Of a stretch of 64,000 nt of DNA, positions 58,259 through 64,000 are shown piece by piece. Made by a program: the position numbers and the translations under genes. The notes under the pieces are model-generated. The model was given only the letters and a program-made list of their open reading frames with translations, ran no database searches and was not told where the DNA came from. Source of the DNA: a bacterium (lineage in GTDB: Bacteria > Bacteroidota > Bacteroidia > Bacteroidales > FEN-979); contig JAZDGR010000023.1 in the NCBI GenBank assembly GCA_043806735.1, positions 6,977-70,976 on the forward strand. The letters run 5' to 3'. Each line of letters begins with the position of its first letter. Within the stretch, counting starts at the first letter, position 1.

Positions 58259-58615
58259 ATGAAGAGAAGGTTGAGAAGTTTTGGATTTGCGTTCCGGGGA
58301 TTGGTTCTCTTGTTCAGTGGTCAGCCGAATGCCTGGATTCACCTGTTTGCAGCAGTTGGAGTAATAGCGGCAGGGATTGCACTGGATATTACAGCAACAG
58401 AGTGGTTACTGGTTGTATTTGCCATCGGTTTTGTCTTCACTGCCGAGTTATTCAATTCTGCCATCGAGGAACTCGTCAACATCGTGTCGCCTGACCGGAA
58501 TTCCGCTGCCGGAAAGATCAAGGATCTGGCCGCCGGAGGGGTGCTGTTGGCTGCGATAACCGCTGCAGTCATCGGATCCATTATTTTTATCCCAAAAATC
58601 CTTTCTCTTTTTTAA
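58259..58615 (+). CDS. dgkA: Diacylglycerol/undecaprenol kinase, DgkA family
   Basis: FAFRGL, three TM segments, TAELFNSAIEELVNIVSP, KIKDLAAGGVLL. Confidence 0.85.
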   Translation: MKRRLRSFGFAFRGLVLLFSGQPNAWIHLFAAVGVIAAGIALDITATEWLLVVFAIGFVFTAELFNSAIEELVNIVSPDRNSAAGKIKDLAAGGVLLAAITAAVIGSIIFIPKILSLF

Positions 58616-58663
58616 CGAACACTGATGACACAGAAGCCTTCGGCAACACAGATAAGCACGGAT

Positions 58664-58678
58664 TTTCGCTATTTCGCT
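58664..58678. repeat. Two units of TTTCGCT, same family as 30213-30247
   Basis: tttcgct atttcgct, just upstream of the ATG at 58686. Confidence 0.5.
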
Positions 58679-58685
58679 ACTTGTT

Positions 58686-59525
58686 ATGATCCTCATTGCT
58701 GACAGTGGTTCCACTAAAACCTTCTGGGCTTTGGTTGTGGAAGGAATCGAAAAGAAGATCATCCAGACACAGGGTTTGAACCCCTATTTTACCTCGCCCG
58801 GCCAGATCAAAGAGATCCTTCACGAAGAGCTGGTTCATAACCTGGTGTGTGATGAGATCACGGATATCTTTTTCTATGGTGCGGGATGTTCAACAGAGAA
58901 TAACAACAACCTGGTCGGTGAGCAGCTCAGGAAATTCTTCAGAAAAGCCGGGATCAACGTTTTTCATGATATTCTTGGTGCCGCCCGGGCCTTGTTCGGA
59001 AACAGGGACGGCATTGCATGTATCCTTGGAACAGGATGCAATTCCTGCTTTTATAACGGAACAGAGGTGTTCTCCGAAATCCCATCGCTTGGGTATCTGT
59101 TCGGAGACGAAGGAGCCGGTTCTTCGCTCGGAAAGAAGTTATTGGCGAAATATCTGAAAAAGGAGCTTCCGGAAGAGTTGAAAACGGCTTTCGATCAGGC
59201 TTACCGGTTCCGGCTCGAAGACATCCTGAATTCCCTCTACAACAAGCCATTTCCCAATCGTTACCTGGCTTCGTTCAGCCCGTTCATTCATGCACATATA
59301 AATCATCCTGTAATTCACGACCTGGTTTATTTTTCCTTTGTGGAATTCTTTGAGACACATGTCACGAAGTATGCCCATTATGCATCCCATCCGACAGGAT
59401 TTATCGGGTCCATCGCATTTTACTACCAGGATATATTACGCGAAGCAGCCGCTTCCGAATCCATCACGGTATCGAAGATCCTGCAATCGCCGGTTCAGGG
59501 ATTGATTGAGTACCATTTAACATAA
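58686..59525 (+). CDS. BadF/BadG/BcrA/BcrD-type ATPase (N-acetylglucosamine-kinase-like)
   Basis: MILIADSGSTKTFW, FFYGAGC, ILGTGCNSCFYNG, GYLFGDEGAGSSLGKKLL. Confidence 0.75.
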   Translation: MILIADSGSTKTFWALVVEGIEKKIIQTQGLNPYFTSPGQIKEILHEELVHNLVCDEITDIFFYGAGCSTENNNNLVGEQLRKFFRKAGINVFHDILGAARALFGNRDGIACILGTGCNSCFYNGTEVFSEIPSLGYLFGDEGAGSSLGKKLLAKYLKKELPEELKTAFDQAYRFRLEDILNSLYNKPFPNRYLASFSPFIHAHINHPVIHDLVYFSFVEFFETHVTKYAHYASHPTGFIGSIAFYYQDILREAAASESITVSKILQSPVQGLIEYHLT

Positions 59526-60412
59526 TTTACGATTTCGTCTAGGTTTTCTGGCTCAAACCATGTTATCTCTTTGTCCCTGTTAAACCAGGTAAGTTGCCGT
59601 TTGGCATAACGCCGTGTGTTTGTTTTAATCTTTTCAACCGCAGTCGGGAAATCTGTTTTCCCATCCATAAAATCAAACAGTTCTTTGTATCCGACTGTGT
59701 TCAACGCGTTCAGATGTCTGAACGGGTACAGGGAACGGGCCTCCTCAAAAAGTCCGGAAGCAATCATCTGATCGACTCGGAGGTTGATCTTCGTATAAAG
59801 CTTTTGACGGTCCGTATTCAACCCAATCTTTACGGTCCTGAAGGGCCGGATTCGGGGTCGGGATTTCCGAAAAGAGGAATAGGGCCTTCCCGTGGTGAGG
59901 CACACTTCCAGCGCCCGGAGCAGGCGTTTCGGGTTGTGTTTATCCACGATCCGGAAATAATCCGGATCCAGTTCCCGGAGCTGATCCTGCAAGCGTTCCA
60001 CACCTTCTGATTCCAATTTCTTATTAAGCTGGCCCCGGAGGCCGGGATCCGGATCGGGAAGGTCATCAATGCCATGCGTAACTGCATGGATGAAAAGACC
60101 GGATCCGCCGGCCAGGATCACGAAATTACTCCTGGAAAAGAGCTTTTCTGTCAGCTTCATGACATCGGCTTCAAAACGGTAAACATTATAGGGATCGTGC
60201 ACTGATAGAAATCCGATCAGGTGATGCGGTATGACGGCCAGTTCCTCTGCAGTGGGCCGTGCGACCCCGATGGCAAGTTCGCGGTAAAACTGCCGGGAAT
60301 CGCAGGAAATGATCTCTGCTGACAACTTTTTGGCTAGCTCAATGGCAACGCGGGTTTTCCCGATGGCAGTGGGTCCTGTGACAACCACAAGAGATGGAGA
60401 AAGATCATTCAT
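59495..60412 (-). CDS. miaA: tRNA dimethylallyltransferase
   Basis: VVVTGPTAIGKTRVAIELA, SCDSRQFYREL.IG.A.P, GGSGLF, LLRALEV, YAKRQLTWF. Confidence 0.92.
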   Translation of the reverse strand: MNDLSPSLVVVTGPTAIGKTRVAIELAKKLSAEIISCDSRQFYRELAIGVARPTAEELAVIPHHLIGFLSVHDPYNVYRFEADVMKLTEKLFSRSNFVILAGGSGLFIHAVTHGIDDLPDPDPGLRGQLNKKLESEGVERLQDQLRELDPDYFRIVDKHNPKRLLRALEVCLTTGRPYSSFRKSRPRIRPFRTVKIGLNTDRQKLYTKINLRVDQMIASGLFEEARSLYPFRHLNALNTVGYKELFDFMDGKTDFPTAVEKIKTNTRRYAKRQLTWFNRDKEITWFEPENLDEIVNYVKWYSINP

Positions 60413-61220
60413 CGTCGGAGCCGTCGCCGTGCCCGGAATATTTCATTCCGATTTGATCAATGTTATCGTAATCCTCAATGTGGTCCATTCCTTCGTTAAG
60501 ATCTTCGACTTCATCGGTATCCCCATCGGATTCCTCCAGGTCTTCATCGTCAACATCCGCGGTGGCTTTTGTTTTTTTGCGCGACGGTACTTCTTCCTCC
60601 GGCTTCTCGCCGAATAAAAAGTCAACCAGGTTGCCTTCGATCTTTGCGATCTCCGATTCATCTTCTTCGATCCCATCAAGCTTGGACAATGCCGGGAGGT
60701 CAGGCAAAACCAGTTTAGGCCGTATCTCTTCTGTTTTCTTTTCTTCCCGAACGGGTGGTGCAATGATAACCTCCGGTTTCTTTGGAAGTTCGCCGACCCA
60801 TTTTACACATCTGGGGAAGAAATCTTCGCCGTTTGAATCTGTGATCTTGATCAATTCGATCAGAAAGGTATAATTGGTTTTCCCTTGAAACTCATAGATC
60901 AGGCGTTGGTGCGGATCTTCAATGAAATCCTTGAGTTTTGAATCCTTCATCCGTCTGGGAGTCAGGGTCACCATAACCATATCATCCAATTCCGGATCAT
61001 ACCGTTTCACCTGTTTCTCCACCGTATGGAGACTGATCTCCTTGTCCTTCTTGTATTTCTTATCCGTAAGAAAGAAAGATGCCTGCTTACAAAGGAATAA
61101 ATCCGCGGATTCCAGCAGGCACATGTGAAAATCCAGAAATTTCTGACTGGGTTGTATCACCACCTCCCGAAGGAATTCTTCGTATTCTTCCGACGTAATC
61201 TTAAACCGGTAAACTAACAT
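60405..61220 (-). CDS. Hypothetical protein: N-terminal domain reminiscent of the pRiA4b ORF-3 / MM3350-like fold, long acidic C-terminal tail
   Basis: YRFKITSEEYEEFLREVVIQPSQKFLDFHMCLLESADL...ASFFLTD...QRLIYEFQGKTNYTFLIELIKI. The C-terminal 60 residues are rich in D/E. Family assignment is from memory only. Confidence 0.4.
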   Translation of the reverse strand: MLVYRFKITSEEYEEFLREVVIQPSQKFLDFHMCLLESADLFLCKQASFFLTDKKYKKDKEISLHTVEKQVKRYDPELDDMVMVTLTPRRMKDSKLKDFIEDPHQRLIYEFQGKTNYTFLIELIKITDSNGEDFFPRCVKWVGELPKKPEVIIAPPVREEKKTEEIRPKLVLPDLPALSKLDGIEEDESEIAKIEGNLVDFLFGEKPEEEVPSRKKTKATADVDDEDLEESDGDTDEVEDLNEGMDHIEDYDNIDQIGMKYSGHGDGSDDE

Positions 61221-61256
61221 TCCTCAGATCTTCAAATTCAACTCCAAATATAAATA

Positions 61257-62693
61257 TTATTCAGTTACTCTTTTCAGTCCCAGTTTTTGACCCTCCGCAA
61301 GCATAAACCCGTATGCTGCCGCATATTCATTAGGGATCTCCCCTTCCAGGATCGCTTCCGTAATGGCATTTTTGATGATTCCGACGGTTTTCGACGGAGG
61401 GATCCCGAATGTTTCCATGATCAACTCTCCGCTTACCGGAGGCTGCCAGTTCCGTAACCGGTCCTTCTCATCGATCTCTTCGAGTTTCTGACGGACAATC
61501 CCGAAATTCTCCAGAAATCGCTTTACCTTATTCGGATTTTTCGAGGTGATATCCGCTTCACACAGCATCATAAGGTCATCGATGTCGTCACCTGCTTCAA
61601 AGAGCAGTCGGCGCACGGCCGAGTCGGTTACGATATCCTCCGCAAGCACGATGGGCCGGAGGTGAAGGAATACCAGTTTCCCGACATACTTCATCTTTTC
61701 ATTCATCGGAAGGCGGAGTTTCCGGAAAATCTGAGGAACCATTTTAGCTCCTTTGAAATCATGTGCATGGAACGTCCAGCCAGTCCCGGGAACAAACTTC
61801 TTTGTGACCGGCTTTGCAATATCATGCAGGATAGCTGCCCACCGGAGCCAAAGGTCATCGGAACCGGTGGCAACGGTATCCAGCACAGCCAGTGTATGAA
61901 AAAAATTATCCTTGTGCCCTTTTCCATCGATGATGGCGGTTCCTTTCAACTCAGACATCTCCGGGAAAATCAGCCTGAGTAGACCTGTCTCCTCCAGCAT
62001 GATGAACCCCACTGATGGCTTTGGCGAAAGAATGATCAGATTCAGCTCATCCGTAATTCGTTCGGCCGAAACGATGGAAATCCGTTCTGCGTTACGGTGA
62101 ATGGACGAGTAGCAGCCGGGATCGATTGTAAAGTCAAGCTGCGCGGAAAAACGGATAGCCCGCATCATCCGCAGGGGATCATCCGAAAAAGTTATATCCG
62201 GGTCCAACGGCGTACGAATGACCCTATCTTTAATATCCTGCAAACCATGGAAAGGATCAAGGAACTCTCCGTAGTGGTTGGAGTCAAGGTCTAAAGCCAT
62301 GGCGTTGATGGTAAAGTCGCGTCGACGCTGGTCATCTTCCAGCGTTCCGTCCTCCACAATCGGCTTTCGCGAATCCAACCGGTAAGATTCCTTCCGGGCC
62401 CCGACGAATTCGATCTTCCAACCCTGATACCAGAACATGGCTGTTCCGAAATTCTTGAAGAATTTGACTTCTATTTCTTTCCCCAGCTTTGCCGCTACCT
62501 CGTGGGCAAAATCGATCCCATTTCCCAACACCACGATATCGATATCCTGTTTGTTGTCACGATGAAGAAGCATATCCCTGACAAACCCACCGATAACATA
62601 GGCCGGTGTCCCTTGGGATGATGCAACTTGTGACAGTACGTGAAATAAATGATTGTTAATATATTTCCTTAATCCGGAGCGGGTGTTCATCAT
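61257..62693 (-). CDS. tRNA nucleotidyltransferase (CCA-adding / poly(A) polymerase family) with C-terminal HD domain
   Basis: YVIGGFVRDMLL, DIDIVV, RRDFTINAMA, DPLRMMRAIRF. HD region FFHTLAVLD...AAILHDIAKP. Start set to the ATG at 62693. Confidence 0.85.
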   Translation of the reverse strand: MMNTRSGLRKYINNHLFHVLSQVASSQGTPAYVIGGFVRDMLLHRDNKQDIDIVVLGNGIDFAHEVAAKLGKEIEVKFFKNFGTAMFWYQGWKIEFVGARKESYRLDSRKPIVEDGTLEDDQRRRDFTINAMALDLDSNHYGEFLDPFHGLQDIKDRVIRTPLDPDITFSDDPLRMMRAIRFSAQLDFTIDPGCYSSIHRNAERISIVSAERITDELNLIILSPKPSVGFIMLEETGLLRLIFPEMSELKGTAIIDGKGHKDNFFHTLAVLDTVATGSDDLWLRWAAILHDIAKPVTKKFVPGTGWTFHAHDFKGAKMVPQIFRKLRLPMNEKMKYVGKLVFLHLRPIVLAEDIVTDSAVRRLLFEAGDDIDDLMMLCEADITSKNPNKVKRFLENFGIVRQKLEEIDEKDRLRNWQPPVSGELIMETFGIPPSKTVGIIKNAITEAILEGEIPNEYAAAYGFMLAEGQKLGLKRVTE

Positions 62694-62775
62694 GGTGTAA
62701 AAATAGTAAAAACCTTTTTTCCTGAAATCTTGTCTCATACAAAGATTTGATTATTTTTGGGAAAAAGATATTCTT

Positions 62776-63402
62776 ATGTTCAGAGGACTTTTACCGCGCG
62801 AATATGCTTTTTACGATTATTTCGAGAAGCTTATGAGCATCAACATTGCCATCAGTGATGAATTTCTGGCGTTCGTGAAAGAAAAAAAGCATCCGGAAGT
62901 GGCCACAAAAGCGATCAAACGACTGGAACGGGAAGCGGATAGGCTAACCCACGAATGTACCGATTTGCTGCACCGGACCTTCATTACCCCGATTGATCGG
63001 GACCAGATCCACGAGCTGATCATCGGGTTGGATAATTTTGCTGATCAGATGAACGCCGCCACGTTTCGGATGTTCTATTACGGCATTGAAGAAATCCGGC
63101 ACGAAACGCTGGACTTTGCAAAGATCATCAGCCAATGTAATTCGGAACTGGAAAGCGCTGTCATCGGACTCAGGAACATCAAAAAAAACAGCAAATCCAT
63201 CCGGGGGAAATGCAGTCACATTCACGAACTGGAAAACCAGGCCGACGACATTTCCAGAGTGGCAGTCACTGAATTGTTCAAGACAAACGACATTTTGATG
63301 ATCATCAAATGGAAAGAGGTTTTTGAACGGCTGGAAAAAGCGGTAGACCGCATGGAACGTGTCGCCAATACCATTGAAAGTATCCTCATCGACAACGCTT
63401 AA
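62776..63402 (+). CDS. DUF47 (PhoU-like, TIGR00153-type) phosphate-transport regulator
   Basis: MFRGLLPREYAFYDYFEKL, EREADRLTHE, ITPIDRDQIHELI..LD..AD. Lies upstream of a PiT transporter. Confidence 0.8.
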   Translation: MFRGLLPREYAFYDYFEKLMSINIAISDEFLAFVKEKKHPEVATKAIKRLEREADRLTHECTDLLHRTFITPIDRDQIHELIIGLDNFADQMNAATFRMFYYGIEEIRHETLDFAKIISQCNSELESAVIGLRNIKKNSKSIRGKCSHIHELENQADDISRVAVTELFKTNDILMIIKWKEVFERLEKAVDRMERVANTIESILIDNA

Positions 63403-63431
63403 TACCCTGGTACCCTCCAACCCGCAAACCC
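63403..63431. repeat. Short 7-8 nt array (taccctgg taccctcc aacccgc aaaccc) filling the DUF47/PiT spacer
   Basis: TACCCTGG is the reverse complement of CCAGGGTA, which is present in the 17421 array. Confidence 0.55.
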
Positions 63432-64000
63432 ATGGATTCAGTCCTTGTAATAGTTATTGTTGCCATAGCGGTCGCTCTGCTATTCGATATCATCAACGGA
63501 TTTCATGACGCAGCCAATTCCATTGCGACCATCGTTTCAACCAAAGTGCTTTCGCCAAAATTTGCCGTTTTCTGGGCAGCCTTTTTCAACTTTGCCGCTA
63601 TGTTCGTATTTGCACCCAAGGTGGCCAATACCATTTCGAAAATCGTCATCATCGATGCGGCCGACCCTGCGTTTATTTATGTGATACTTACCGGCTTGCT
63701 GGGAGCAATTATCTGGGACCTGATCACCTGGTGGTATGGATTACCCTCCAGTTCTTCACATGCTCTCATTGGAGGGCTTGTAGGTGCAGGATTGGCATAC
63801 AAAGGCGCTGAGATCATCCAGTGGAAGAAAGTGATCGAAACAGCGACGTTCATCCCGATAGCTCCCTTAATCGGAGTGGCTCTCGGTTTCCTGCTGATGG
63901 TTCTGCTGATCTGGATATTTCACAGGATGTCGCAGAAAAAAGTCGATAACATTTTCCGCCGCGGACAGATTCTGTCGGCCGCACTTTATTCTTTAGGCCA
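63432..64000 (+). CDS. Inorganic phosphate transporter, PiT family (5' part; runs off the right window edge)
   Basis: Own translation: MDSVLVIVIVAIAVALLFDIINGFHDAANSIATIVSTKVLSP...SSSHALIGGLVGAG. Not in the ORF track because there is no stop in the window. Confidence 0.85.
   Translation, partial: MDSVLVIVIVAIAVALLFDIINGFHDAANSIATIVSTKVLSPKFAVFWAAFFNFAAMFVFAPKVANTISKIVIIDAADPAFIYVILTGLLGAIIWDLITWWYGLPSSSSHALIGGLVGAGLAYKGAEIIQWKKVIETATFIPIAPLIGVALGFLLMVLLIWIFHRMSQKKVDNIFRRGQILSAALYSLG

Overview
This is 64 kb of chromosomal DNA from a Bacteroidota-type bacterium. The phylum call rests on T9SS type A and type B C-terminal sorting domains, TAnnTTTG -7 promoter boxes and a primary sigma factor of about 287 aa. 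Gene content is mostly housekeeping. It includes an SOS-like mutagenesis cassette (XRE/S24 LexA-like repressor, DinB-type Y-family polymerase, DnaE2) and nucleotide-sugar genes (ugd, a UDP-xylose synthase, an rfbD-pgm fusion). It also carries recA, nth, clpB, recR, glmM, aroE, rpsO-pnp, rpoD, rpe, ligA, hydG, arcC and mtaB. Further genes are an ECF sigma/anti-sigma/DUF4097/DUF2807 envelope module, an lgt-suhB read-through ORF, a macro-domain protein and an ABC-F ATPase. The right end holds a cohesin/dockerin-like secreted protein, tRNA-Gly(CCC), a two-component cluster, dgkA, miaA, a CCA-type nucleotidyltransferase and a DUF47-PiT phosphate pair. I see no CRISPR, transposase, integrase or recognisable defence island. 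The most unusual signal is not a gene. About twenty arrays of phase-locked 7-, 8- or 10-nt tandem units sit exactly at gene boundaries, often supplying the stop or start codon. The same unit families recur at distant loci on either strand. Three arrays lie in frame inside coding sequence (dnaE2, mtaB, the lgt|suhB junction) with unit counts of 12, 6 and 3, all divisible by three. Two more arrays abut truncated genes. Secondary points are an identical 19-bp promoter/operator duplicated inside the SOS cassette, a GC-rich nested palindrome inserted in frame in dnaE2, and two head-to-tail enzyme fusions. All functional calls come from reading motifs in the translations, since no database search was possible.
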